Shown here: positions 17,207-26,609 of the stretch, one piece after another | Layout: every line of letters starts with the position of its first letter | Position numbering within the stretch: the first letter of the stretch is position 1 | IMG/VR virus record: IMGVR_UViG_3300029395_000163 | Strand: one strand, 5' to 3' | Source: a virus | DNA length: 64,000 nucleotides | Program-made: the position numbers and the translations under genes | The notes under the pieces: model-generated | Seen by the model: the letters and a program-made list of their open reading frames with translations, nothing else | What the model was told of the DNA's origin: nothing | Databases searched by the model: none

Positions 17207-17407
17207 ATGTTTTTATGGTATTTTGCAAAGGCGGGTCAGATGGTAGATCACAGATTTACAGATGATGTGGCTATTGTTTTTGCGGCAACAAAAAGCGGCG
17301 CAATAAGAAAATTCCAGAACTTGTATTTAAGAGTCGAAGAGAGCGAAGTGCAGCCGGTTAGTTTGAGGAAGATTCTTAAGCGACCAGAAATTTTAACAGA
17401 TTATTAG
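17207..17407 (+). CDS. Putative HicB-like antitoxin (66 aa), assigned by position only
   Basis: Immediately downstream of hicA with an AAAGGAG RBS. Only weak resemblance to UPF0150/HicB folds. Confidence 0.3.
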   Translation: MFLWYFAKAGQMVDHRFTDDVAIVFAATKSGAIRKFQNLYLRVEESEVQPVSLRKILKRPEILTDY

Positions 17408-17420
17408 AAGGAGAAAGAAA

Positions 17421-18254
17421 ATGAGAAAAGAAAGAATCGAATCAATAATAAGGACGCTACAGATTACTCAGGAATTGAGAGCGAAAGGATATAATGCTGA
17501 AATGCGGATAGTCAATAAAAACGGGCTTGACATTTTTGGTATTGAGATAATAGAAGATGATTCTTCAAGTAATAAAATTTCTCCGGTGTACTATCCGGAC
17601 AAGTTTGACGGAGATACAAGAGAAATCGCGGACCAAATTATCGAGAATTATAAGAGCATGAAAATTCCAAAAGAAGAGATAATAGATGGAATATCTAAAT
17701 CTTTTGAAGAAGTGAAAGATAAGTTAATCATATGTTTGGAGCCTGTTCATGACGCGGATTATATCACGGGGAAATATTTAGATTTGCAATTATATATAAG
17801 ATATCGTATTTCAAACAATATGTCTGCGAAAGTGACAAAAGATCTGGCTGATATATGGAGAGTAAGCAAGGAAGAGTTGCTTAGTGCAGCGATAGAAAAC
17901 ACAAGAAAGAAAATTGTTGCAAAAAATCTGCAGGGTATGTTAGTTGATTTTGAGTGTATTGAAGATGCTCCTCCGTTGGTATTTTGCGGGAATAATGAAG
18001 GAATGTATGGAGCAGGTTATTTGGCATTAAAAACAAAAATTGAAGAGCTTTCTAGTATATTCGGAAGAGATTTATATATCCTTCCATCTAGTATTCATGA
18101 AGTTTTAGTAACTCCAGATAATGGACTTTATGAAGTAGAAGACTTAAAAAAGATGGTAAAAGAAGTGAATGATACAGAGGTGTCACCAGAAGAGAGATTG
18201 AGCTACAGTGTCTATAAATATTCTCGAAGAGATGCCGAAATCAAGGTTTTGTAG
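17421..18254 (+). CDS. DUF5688-like protein, paralog 3 (277 aa)
   Basis: WRVSKEELL, PPLVFCGNNEGMYGAGYL motifs. Confidence 0.5.
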   Translation: MRKERIESIIRTLQITQELRAKGYNAEMRIVNKNGLDIFGIEIIEDDSSSNKISPVYYPDKFDGDTREIADQIIENYKSMKIPKEEIIDGISKSFEEVKDKLIICLEPVHDADYITGKYLDLQLYIRYRISNNMSAKVTKDLADIWRVSKEELLSAAIENTRKKIVAKNLQGMLVDFECIEDAPPLVFCGNNEGMYGAGYLALKTKIEELSSIFGRDLYILPSSIHEVLVTPDNGLYEVEDLKKMVKEVNDTEVSPEERLSYSVYKYSRRDAEIKVL

Positions 18255-18282
18255 TAAAAAAATATAGAAGCAAGTATTTAGG

Positions 18283-18308
18283 AGGCGTATTTTTATACGT
18301 CTTTTTTT
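18283..18308 (+). terminator. Intrinsic terminator
   Basis: 8-bp stem AGGCGTAT/ATACGTCT (one G-U wobble), TTTT loop, T7 run. Confidence 0.45.
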
Positions 18309-18340
18309 GTATACAATTTAAAGAAAGAGAGATATAAAAG

Positions 18341-18598
18341 ATGATCAAAGATTCAAAGAAAACTACCAGAGCAATCAAGAGAAATGCGGCAATTAATGGA
18401 ATTTGCGAGGAGATTAATAAGGCAAGACAAAGAAAGCAAACAACTATTAATTTAAGCAGACGACATAAAGACTACATGGACATTGAACGAAAATTAGAAG
18501 GAAGGAGCCAGAAAGAATATATCCAGAAATTGATTGCAAAAGACATGAAGAGACATCCTAACGAAGCTGGTTTTGCGGAAGTGATAAAGGCAATCTAG
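18341..18598 (+). CDS. Ribbon-helix-helix (CopG/Arc-like) DNA-binding protein (85 aa)
   Basis: Beta strand TTINLS followed by two short helices (RSQKEYIQKLIAKDM). Confidence 0.45.
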   Translation: MIKDSKKTTRAIKRNAAINGICEEINKARQRKQTTINLSRRHKDYMDIERKLEGRSQKEYIQKLIAKDMKRHPNEAGFAEVIKAI

Positions 18599-18653
18599 TA
18601 ATATCAGATAATCGTTTATAAAAGTAAAGCATAAATAATAAGGAGAATTTAAA

Positions 18654-18920
18654 ATGGCAAGAAAACACTTTTTAGTAAAACCGGCAACAGGGAAATTATT
18701 AACAAAAATGGTAGTTGGAAGTTATCTCGAATCAAATAAAAAGAAGAAGATCGTACATAGTACATCTGTCGCTATTTTTGGAAAAGAGAAAAAGTTTCTG
18801 GATATTATGGCGCAGAAAACAGGCAAATCGGTTTCGGCATATGTTAGAGATTTAATTTCGGAAGATATGGAGCTGAATCCAGAAATTGTAGACGCATCTC
18901 GCTCTATTCAGTATATGTAA
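18654..18920 (+). CDS. Ribbon-helix-helix DNA-binding protein, paralog (88 aa)
   Basis: STSVAIFGKEKKFLDIMAQKTGKSVSAYVRDLISEDME. Confidence 0.45.
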   Translation: MARKHFLVKPATGKLLTKMVVGSYLESNKKKKIVHSTSVAIFGKEKKFLDIMAQKTGKSVSAYVRDLISEDMELNPEIVDASRSIQYM

Positions 18921-18973
18921 ACCCACAGAAAAAATACAGGTAAATATAGAAGTATATATCAGGAGGAAGAAAA

Positions 18974-19273
18974 ATGGCATTTAAAAATTATGGAAGTAAA
19001 AGAACATCAGACATTAACTACAAGGTTGTCGAAAAATATGGAAAACTTTCTAACAATGAAGGAAAAATGAATAAAGAGCTTAGAGTCGTGTCTTGGAACG
19101 ACGGGGAGCCGAAATATGACATCAGACCTTGGCAGGAGAACGAAGACGGAACAGAAAGATGCGGAAAAGGAATTACCTTTACGGCGGAGGAGCTGGCGAC
19201 ACTCTTTGATATTCTGAAAAATATTGACGAAGAGAACGCGGAAGAATCAGCCGAAGAAATTTGCGAAGAGTAA
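18974..19273 (+). CDS. YdbC/PC4-like ssDNA-binding protein (99 aa)
   Basis: KELRVVSWNDGEPKYDIRPW....KGITFTAEELATL matches the bacterial PC4-fold YdbC family. Confidence 0.5.
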   Translation: MAFKNYGSKRTSDINYKVVEKYGKLSNNEGKMNKELRVVSWNDGEPKYDIRPWQENEDGTERCGKGITFTAEELATLFDILKNIDEENAEESAEEICEE

Positions 19274-19292
19274 TAATCAGGAGGGAAATTAT

Positions 19293-21353
19293 ATGAACAA
19301 TTTTATTAAGTTTAAACAGGAATTACAGCGTCATTTTAACGAGATGGTATCTGATGCCGAAAAATTATTTGAGGTAGATGTAGATAAAGACGAATTATGG
19401 GAGATGTATTTAAGCAGTTTTCCGGCGGGAACAAACGGAATTTACAGACAGAGAAGGGAACATGATTGCGGAGTCTGCCGTCAGTTCATTAAGAACATTG
19501 GTGCTGCAGTAGCGATTAAAGACGGAGAAGTACATACGATTTGGGAGTTAGACTTAGGCGGCGATAAAACCTATCAGCCGGTATGTGATGCATTAGATGC
19601 ATTTGTAAAATCTCACAAAGTAAAAGATATCTACGTCAGTAAACTACCAAAAATCGGAGTTGATTTAAACAGAGAAAACGCCGGAGATAAGGTTATTACA
19701 TGGCATCACCTTTATTGCGAGTTACCAAGAAGACTGGTTGACAGAAGTGGAAGAACTGCCGGAGATATTAAGGGTGGATTTAGAGATACGAAAAATGTAT
19801 TTAAGCGCTCTTTAGATGAAATCTCTATGGAAGCTGTCGATACAATTCTTGAGCTGATTGCTTCAAATACTCTTTATAGAGGAGCCGAATGGAAATCAGC
19901 ACTGACCGAGTTTAAAAAGTACAAAGAGAAGTACGACAAAATCGAATCAGAAGAAAATAAGGAACTGTTTGCATGGGAAAATTCTCTAGCGGCAGGAATT
20001 TCAATCGGTAGAATTAGAAATCACAGCATTGGAGTTCTTTTAGTGGATGTGAGCGAAGGAGTCGATTTAGATACAGCGGTTAAGAGATATGAACAGATTG
20101 TTGCACCAGCAAATTACAAACGTCCGAAGGCAATCTTCACAAAGAAAATGTTAGAAGACGCAAAAAATACGCTCACAGAACTTGGATATATGAATTCCTT
20201 GCAGAGAAGATTTGCAAATCTTGACGATATTACAATTAATAATATTCTTTTCTCAAACAAAGATGCAGCTAAAAGAATTTCAAATGCCGGAGATATTTTT
20301 GGCGAGTTAGAAAAGGAAGTTGCAATTAATCCTAAGAGATTTTCGCGAGTCGAAGAAGTTGCCGCGCAGGATTTTATTAAGAATGTTCTTCCTACGGCAA
20401 GAGAAGTCGAAGCTTTTATTGAAAATAAACACAGCAAGAACTTTGTTTCTATGATTGCGCCGGTTGATCCGGAAGCTCCAACAATGTTTAAGTGGAATAA
20501 TGGATTGAGTTGGGCTTATAGCGGCAATATTGCTGATTCCGACTTAAAGCAGAATGTAAAAGCAGCAGGTGGAGCTATTGACGGTGTTTTAAGGTTTTCG
20601 ATTCAGTGGAATGAAAACGGAAATGATAATTGCGATTTAGATGCTCATTGTATTGAGCCAAATGGAAACGAAATTTTCTTTGGTAATTGCAGAAAACCCA
20701 GAAAATCTAGCTCTGGAGGACAGCTTGATGTAGATATTGTTGATCCATGTGGAACGATTGCAGTAGAAAATATTACTTGGGATAATTTATCTAAGATGAA
20801 ACCGGGCAAGTATAAGTTTTTCGTAAGACAGTATAGTGGAAGTGTCAAGAAAGGGTTTAGAGCAGAAATCGAATTTAACGGCGAAATCCATTCATTTGAT
20901 TATGGAAGAAGTATGAGATCCGGAGAAAACGTTACGGTTGCAGAAGTTACATTGGATAAGTATGGTAACTTTGCAATCGAGGAGAAATTAAGCGGAAACT
21001 CTTCAATTTCCAGCAGAGAGATTTGGGGTGTGAATACAAATCAGTTTGTTCCGGTATCCGTTATTAGTTATTCACCAAATTATTTTGACGAGCAAAAGGG
21101 AATTGGAAACAAACATTTGTTCTTTTTCTTAGATGGTTGCGTTAACGATGAAGAACCAAATGGTTTCTATAATGAATTCCTTAAAAATGAGCTTTTAGAG
21201 CATAAGAGAGTATTTGAAGCTCTTGGTTCAAAGTGCCATACAGAAGACACGGAAGACCAGCTTTCAGGAATTGGATTCAGCCTGACAAAGAGAGATGAAC
21301 TTATTGTTAAGGTCAAAGGAGCCACAGAGAGAATTATGAAAATTAAGTTTTAG
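19293..21353 (+). CDS. Large hypothetical protein (686 aa)
   Basis: ORF-track ORF is 19224..21353. CAGGAGGG lies 7 nt upstream of the ATG at 19293. No motif recognised. Confidence 0.55.
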   Translation: MNNFIKFKQELQRHFNEMVSDAEKLFEVDVDKDELWEMYLSSFPAGTNGIYRQRREHDCGVCRQFIKNIGAAVAIKDGEVHTIWELDLGGDKTYQPVCDALDAFVKSHKVKDIYVSKLPKIGVDLNRENAGDKVITWHHLYCELPRRLVDRSGRTAGDIKGGFRDTKNVFKRSLDEISMEAVDTILELIASNTLYRGAEWKSALTEFKKYKEKYDKIESEENKELFAWENSLAAGISIGRIRNHSIGVLLVDVSEGVDLDTAVKRYEQIVAPANYKRPKAIFTKKMLEDAKNTLTELGYMNSLQRRFANLDDITINNILFSNKDAAKRISNAGDIFGELEKEVAINPKRFSRVEEVAAQDFIKNVLPTAREVEAFIENKHSKNFVSMIAPVDPEAPTMFKWNNGLSWAYSGNIADSDLKQNVKAAGGAIDGVLRFSIQWNENGNDNCDLDAHCIEPNGNEIFFGNCRKPRKSSSGGQLDVDIVDPCGTIAVENITWDNLSKMKPGKYKFFVRQYSGSVKKGFRAEIEFNGEIHSFDYGRSMRSGENVTVAEVTLDKYGNFAIEEKLSGNSSISSREIWGVNTNQFVPVSVISYSPNYFDEQKGIGNKHLFFFLDGCVNDEEPNGFYNEFLKNELLEHKRVFEALGSKCHTEDTEDQLSGIGFSLTKRDELIVKVKGATERIMKIKF

Positions 21354-21368
21354 GAGGCAAAGAGTGGT

Positions 21369-21767
21369 ATGAAAGAAAAAATGAAACAGGAAGCCATTGA
21401 AAGAATGAAAATGCTAGGAATTTCTCCAAAGACAATAGAGGTGTTCGAAGAAACTGGAGAGATTGGACTGTCTATTGCTCCTTTTTCTATTTGTGGGATT
21501 ACTCCAGAATACGAAAAACTCATATCTGAATGGGAAGAAGAAACCGAATGTGTAGTATATCATGCCATATATAACGGAGCATCTGTTGGAGCTTTACTTA
21601 CTATTTTGTTCGTTTCTGATGATGAAGAGGAATGGGAATTAGACAGGAGAGATATGGAAGCAGGCTATCCAATGGCGTATGTATTTAATCTTGATATTCC
21701 TGAATTTTCAGAATATGGGGCAATCTCGGTAGAAAACATAGACGGCGTATTGAAAAGAATCGGTTAA
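21369..21767 (+). CDS. Acidic hypothetical protein (132 aa)
   Basis: ORF. Confidence 0.5.
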   Translation: MKEKMKQEAIERMKMLGISPKTIEVFEETGEIGLSIAPFSICGITPEYEKLISEWEEETECVVYHAIYNGASVGALLTILFVSDDEEEWELDRRDMEAGYPMAYVFNLDIPEFSEYGAISVENIDGVLKRIG

Positions 21768-21779
21768 AAGGAGAATACT

Positions 21780-22169
21780 ATGAAAAACAAAAATTTATTT
21801 GAAGTAGCAACAAGAAAACAGTACAGATTTCCATATAAAGGAAACGCATCTGTAGAAGATTTATGGCATCTGCCGCTTAAAGAATTAGACTCAATCTTTA
21901 AAACTCTTAATGCAGAAGCAAAAAAGACAGAAGAAGAAAGTCTTCTGAATACAAAAAGTGCTGAAGATGAAGTGGTCTTAGATAAAATCGAGATTGTTAA
22001 GCACATTGTCCGGGTAAAGCTCGAAGAGAAAGAAGCAAGAGAAAACGAGAAGAAAAACAGTGAATTAAAGCAGCGACTCCTCGGAATTAAGGCGAAAAGA
22101 GAAGATGAAGCACTGGAGAAGATGACTGATGAAGAACTGAATAAAGCGATTGCAGAATTAGAAGCGTAA
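21780..22169 (+). CDS. K/E-rich coiled-coil protein (129 aa)
   Basis: AAAAGGAGAA RBS. Confidence 0.5.
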   Translation: MKNKNLFEVATRKQYRFPYKGNASVEDLWHLPLKELDSIFKTLNAEAKKTEEESLLNTKSAEDEVVLDKIEIVKHIVRVKLEEKEARENEKKNSELKQRLLGIKAKREDEALEKMTDEELNKAIAELEA

Positions 22170-22221
22170 TTATTCTAGCTGGCTGGCTTAATGCTGGTCA
22201 GCTTTTTTTAAGGAGAATAAC

Positions 22222-22635
22222 ATGATTAGAAGAGACTTACTTAAAAAGGCACTCGACATTGACAAAGGATATTTTGAATATAAGAAATTTCATCTTCACA
22301 ATTCTTTAATTAATAGGTTGCGGAAACATTATAAGCTTTATGAAGCCGTCCAGAATTTTTATGATAACGAAGACATAGAAGACAAAGAGAGAAGGATGGA
22401 GCATCTTACATGGCAAGAACTTATTGGTCCCGGAATATGGTTTGCGACGCAAAAAGAAGCAGATGAACAGGCTCTTGATTGGCTTAAATGGATTAAAAGG
22501 TCAAGTATGTCGAAAAAAGACAGACTTTATATTGCAGAAAGAGACGGAGAAATCGGGATTTATTTTTACGGCAGAGATTATTGCGAGGATTATTACTTTC
22601 ATTTTGTGAAGAAAGAAAAAGAACTACTTGCATGA
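22222..22635 (+). CDS. Hypothetical protein (137 aa)
   Basis: TTAAGGAGAA RBS. A terminator-like GC stem with T7 lies at 22171-22210 upstream. Confidence 0.5.
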   Translation: MIRRDLLKKALDIDKGYFEYKKFHLHNSLINRLRKHYKLYEAVQNFYDNEDIEDKERRMEHLTWQELIGPGIWFATQKEADEQALDWLKWIKRSSMSKKDRLYIAERDGEIGIYFYGRDYCEDYYFHFVKKEKELLA

Positions 22636-22669
22636 AATGACGAGAAAATCAGAAAGGTAGGTAAATAAT

Positions 22670-23119
22670 ATGTTATTACATGAACAGAAGTCATTATACG
22701 TAATGGACGCTGAAGAAAAAGAAAATTTAAAGGATATGGTTCTTGTTGCAATCAATGAGCTTACGAAATTTGAGCCGGGTATAACCGATGAGGACAGAGA
22801 GGAATTTGGAGTAGAATTTTCAAATATACCGCCATTTAATCCGGGGATGATAGAAGATGTTCTTCTTGAGTTAGGATACAAAGAAGGAGAATTAGATACA
22901 AACGGATGCGAATATGATTACTGGTATCCTTTCACCCACCCAGACAAAAAGCACTTTCCTCCGGTTGAATTGGTAGGAACAGCGTGGATTCATAAATGTA
23001 AGCTGAATGGAATGTACGATGATCATAAGTCATATCCTCATCTGGAAGATAACCCGGAATACACACGTAGAATTAAACGCGGAAAAGAACTCTTAGCTAA
23101 AGCGATGGATAGAAAATAA
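22670..23119 (+). CDS. Hypothetical protein (149 aa)
   Basis: AAAGGTAGG RBS. Confidence 0.5.
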   Translation: MLLHEQKSLYVMDAEEKENLKDMVLVAINELTKFEPGITDEDREEFGVEFSNIPPFNPGMIEDVLLELGYKEGELDTNGCEYDYWYPFTHPDKKHFPPVELVGTAWIHKCKLNGMYDDHKSYPHLEDNPEYTRRIKRGKELLAKAMDRK

Positions 23120-23154
23120 ATTCTATAAAAATATTGTATAGGGAGGGGATAGAC

Positions 23155-23391
23155 GTGAGAGTAAAGTGGCAGATTATTAGCGAAGATAAAGATGGGAAAC
23201 CGACAAAATGGCGCGCAGAAATAAATAGCGAAAGATTTGGCAAATACGCATGGATAGAACTCATCCGAACAGAATCAAAAGGGAAAGAGTACGTGGTAAG
23301 CATTGAATGTTTAGAGAAAATAGAGATAGTTAACTGTACGTCTTTGGCTAGTGCGAAATCATGGATTAGAAAACATCTGGGAGGCAAGTAG
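23155..23391 (+). CDS. Hypothetical protein (78 aa), GTG start
   Basis: GGGAGGGG lies 6 nt upstream of the GTG at 23155 (ORF-track ORF 23134..23391). Confidence 0.45.
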   Translation: MRVKWQIISEDKDGKPTKWRAEINSERFGKYAWIELIRTESKGKEYVVSIECLEKIEIVNCTSLASAKSWIRKHLGGK

Positions 23392-23394
23392 ATT

Positions 23395-23685
23395 GTGGAC
23401 ACAAAGAAGATAACTGAGGGATTAGAAAGATGCGGATTCCGGTTAATAGAAAATTATGAAGATACTCATTTGCTTTTCCGCCGAGAAATAGAAAAGATTC
23501 CGTTTATTTTTGTAGTGGTTACAACGCATGAAGGAAATAGAAACAGGATTATGTTCAGAGCTGACCCGGAGGAAAATCATGACAGATGGTCTAATTGTGA
23601 TTTTCAGAGGTTTTATAAAAATGAAGATGACTTAATTAAGAACTGGAATCGTATCCTAATATTTGATTATGACGAATGTAATTAG
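23395..23685 (+). CDS. Hypothetical protein (96 aa), GTG start
   Basis: ORF. Confidence 0.45.
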   Translation: MDTKKITEGLERCGFRLIENYEDTHLLFRREIEKIPFIFVVVTTHEGNRNRIMFRADPEENHDRWSNCDFQRFYKNEDDLIKNWNRILIFDYDECN

Positions 23686-23700
23686 AAGGAGAAGAGAAAG

Positions 23701-23961
23701 TTGAAGGATGAAATTCGAGTAAAAGTAGATGGAGGGTATTTAATATCTGGCAGAAATGTAGATCCGGATTATGATGGCATATATGTTTGTTTTGAATCGG
23801 ATTCAGGATATATTGTAGATATTGCTATTGCAGAAGTAAAATTGGAAAACAATAAAGAAGTAATTGATATCTATAATTACGAAGATGTTAGTTCTGACGA
23901 GTGGACGAGCAAATTCTCCATTAAGACGAAAGATATTAAGGAGGCACTGCAGGATGGATAG
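23701..23961 (+). CDS. Hypothetical protein (86 aa), TTG start
   Basis: AAGGAGAAG RBS. Confidence 0.4.
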   Translation: MKDEIRVKVDGGYLISGRNVDPDYDGIYVCFESDSGYIVDIAIAEVKLENNKEVIDIYNYEDVSSDEWTSKFSIKTKDIKEALQDG

Positions 23962-24427
23962 CTTAATTTTAAAAACAATTAAAGAAGTAGAAGATTTAAA
24001 TTATGATACACCGGAAGGTATAATTCGGGATTCAGATACAATTCTCGTGGATTTGTTAAATGATAGTGATTTCGAATTTTCAGGGATTTCTCAGGACATT
24101 TTCAATATTTACAAAAAGAGCAAGGATAAAGAGGCTGTAAAAGAAATGTTCTTTGAATTTGTTGGAATGGAATTTGAAGAGTACTTAGTTAAATGTTTGA
24201 AAGAAATTACTCGAGGAAAAGAGTTATCTGGTAAGTTCATAGTATATTTAGAAAAAACTTGTAAAAATGAATATTTAGTCGAAGCTAATTCTGAAGAAGA
24301 AGCAGTACAGATTGTAAGCGAAAAATACGGCAATGCCTGCAAAAATACGGGATTTTTCAGTGAAAAATATTCTGTTAGACGACCAAATAAAAGTGATAAT
24401 TTAGATTTATGCGAGACATGTAACTAG
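23954..24427 (+). CDS. Hypothetical protein (157 aa)
   Basis: ORF-track ORF is 23864..24427. AGGAGG precedes the ATG at 23954. Confidence 0.45.
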   Translation: MDSLILKTIKEVEDLNYDTPEGIIRDSDTILVDLLNDSDFEFSGISQDIFNIYKKSKDKEAVKEMFFEFVGMEFEEYLVKCLKEITRGKELSGKFIVYLEKTCKNEYLVEANSEEEAVQIVSEKYGNACKNTGFFSEKYSVRRPNKSDNLDLCETCN

Positions 24428-24441
24428 AAAGGAGATTAATT

Positions 24442-24888
24442 ATGACGAGAGAACAGCTTAGAAAAACAACAGATTACACTGAGGCGATGAACAAAATCCG
24501 AAAATATTCAAGAGGTTTTCAGTTTACTTTATACTACAGCGAAATCCCGAAAGCAAAAGCAATTAACACGATCTGCGGAACCGGTAAGGACGCTTACGGT
24601 GTAATTAACTACCCAAACGGTACAAGTGTAAGGGTATCCGTTACAAATGATACCCAGCGCGACGCTTTCCGTAGATACTTTAGCGCCACAGAACGTAAGG
24701 AACTGGCAAGCGTGGAAGCAGATATTAAGGCTATTGAGGTTTCCCAGTTCAAGACCAGGGAAGACCTGGCAGCTGACTACGGTACAGAATGTAAGTACGA
24801 CGGAAAAGCCAGACGGTGGAAAGTAAAAACGCCACAGTATACCGAAGAAGAATTTAAGAAGTGGCAAGTTACCAAAATGAAGCATTAG
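24442..24888 (+). CDS. Hypothetical protein (148 aa)
   Basis: GAAAGGAGA RBS. Confidence 0.55.
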   Translation: MTREQLRKTTDYTEAMNKIRKYSRGFQFTLYYSEIPKAKAINTICGTGKDAYGVINYPNGTSVRVSVTNDTQRDAFRRYFSATERKELASVEADIKAIEVSQFKTREDLAADYGTECKYDGKARRWKVKTPQYTEEEFKKWQVTKMKH

Positions 24889-25034
24889 TAGTAATACGAG
24901 ACACTTGTAGTTCACAGATAGGATGCATCAAGTGTCCGATTGGAGACGATAGCGGAAGGTGTCTTATTCATGATAGATATCCAGCCGATTGGAAACTTAA
25001 AAATCCAGATGAAGTTGTGAGGTTAATGGAATAA
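24861..25034 (+). CDS. Possible small zinc-ribbon protein (57 aa), GTG start overlapping the end of the previous gene
   Basis: Motif CSSQIGCIKCPIGDDSGRCLIH. Shorter than the ORF-track cutoff, weak RBS. Confidence 0.25.
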   Translation: MASYQNEALVVIRDTCSSQIGCIKCPIGDDSGRCLIHDRYPADWKLKNPDEVVRLME

Positions 25035-25097
25035 TCAGATAAAATATACATAAAAGAAAGGGCGGCAAATAAGCTGCCTTTTTTATTTGGAGGGAAA

Positions 25098-25790
25098 TTG
25101 AGTAAGAGAAAGATAATTTTATTGCCAGACAAATTTAAAAAGAAAACAGGGATACATGTCGTTACTGCTCACAGAGGGAAAATGGAAGGAATGGCATCAA
25201 TTTCTACTTCCTGCCTCTGCAATAAACATTGTAAAGAATACAGTAAAAATAATGAAAACATATGTTCTTACTGTTATGCAAATACAAGTCTGAGAACTTT
25301 TACAGGGATGCAAGATAACTGCAAGAAGAACACAGAGATTTTAACCTCGAGAATTTTAACTCCAGAAGAGCTTCCAGTTTTGAACTATTCGTATTTCAGA
25401 TTTGAAGCATTTGGCGATTTAGTCAATGAAACACAACTTATTAACTATTTCAATATTTGCCGCAATAATAAGGGAACGCATTTCGCTTTATGGACCAAAA
25501 ACCCGTTTATTGTTCAGAGTGCTATATCTAAAGGATATAAGAAGCCGAGAAATCTAAATATAATTCTGAGTAGCATGAAGGTGAACAAACCGGCAGAACA
25601 CTCGAAATACGATTTCGTAGATAAGATTTTTACTGTGTATTCTGATGACTATATTTCTGAAAATAAAATAGAAATTAATTGCGGATCAAAATCATGTTTA
25701 TTGTGCCAGAAATGCTACCGCAAGACGAAAGAAAAAGAAATTAATGAGCGGTTAAAAGTAAGAAAAGTCAAAGGAGAAAATATTGCATAA
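25098..25790 (+). CDS. Cys-rich protein resembling the phage Gp37/Gp68 (DUF5131) family (230 aa)
   Basis: SCLCNKHC...ICSYCYA resembles the GC..S.GC.NCYA N-terminal signature. TTG start right after GGAGGG. Confidence 0.4.
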   Translation: MSKRKIILLPDKFKKKTGIHVVTAHRGKMEGMASISTSCLCNKHCKEYSKNNENICSYCYANTSLRTFTGMQDNCKKNTEILTSRILTPEELPVLNYSYFRFEAFGDLVNETQLINYFNICRNNKGTHFALWTKNPFIVQSAISKGYKKPRNLNIILSSMKVNKPAEHSKYDFVDKIFTVYSDDYISENKIEINCGSKSCLLCQKCYRKTKEKEINERLKVRKVKGENIA

Positions 25791-25865
25791 ACCTTACGTA
25801 AAACATCGAATTAAAAAGACAAAGCGGAGACTCTATGATATAATTTTTAGAAAGGAGGTATCAAT

Positions 25866-26591
25866 ATGGGAGTTAAAGGATACGCATCAACAGTAATAGT
25901 TACAGGAATTATATTAACGCCGTTTGTCGCAATAATTAGAGATGGACTACCTTTTGGAGTTATAGCATTATGGGTAATTTGCATATCGCTGGCTTGGAAG
26001 TCTAATTCTCTTGTGGTTAATTCGTGCAGGTATTTACGTGATAAATATGCAGAAAATCCGGGAGCTTATCTTCCTCCGAAATTCGTAGTTAAAATGGGGT
26101 TAGTGAATCTCGTTCCAAAGAAAGGAGTTGAAATTCCTAAAATTTACCAAATGGATAGATTTATCTGTCTAGCGGCTCAACATGTAATAGTTTACGATGA
26201 GAAATATCGCCACTTAAACATTGAAAAATCAAATTATTCGGCAGTTATAAAAATACTCTCGAGAGGAACATATTACGTTGACAATTTTGGAGTATACAGA
26301 AAAGGAAATGAAACTGTAGGAGAAATACCGCCGGGAAGTCAATTCGATGATAGTGTTGACCGGAAAAGAATATACATATCTTCCGTTGAAACGATTAAAG
26401 GGAATTTTAGTTTTGTTAAAAATCCTTATTGGCAAAGAGGAATCCCTACGACTGCAGAAAAGTCTAAGTATTTCAACTATTACAATGCTTATAAGTACAA
26501 TAAAAAAGATAAAAAATATTATTTTATAGACAACCCAATAGTAACGGATGAAAATAATAAAATACCGGAGGCGGATGTTGATTACAGATAA
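25866..26591 (+). CDS. Membrane protein (241 aa, two N-terminal TM helices plus a soluble domain)
   Basis: GAAAGGAGG RBS. A TATAAT-like promoter lies at about 25813-25848. Confidence 0.55.
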   Translation: MGVKGYASTVIVTGIILTPFVAIIRDGLPFGVIALWVICISLAWKSNSLVVNSCRYLRDKYAENPGAYLPPKFVVKMGLVNLVPKKGVEIPKIYQMDRFICLAAQHVIVYDEKYRHLNIEKSNYSAVIKILSRGTYYVDNFGVYRKGNETVGEIPPGSQFDDSVDRKRIYISSVETIKGNFSFVKNPYWQRGIPTTAEKSKYFNYYNAYKYNKKDKKYYFIDNPIVTDENNKIPEADVDYR

Positions 26592-26609
26592 AAGCGAGGA
26601 GGTGCGTAT

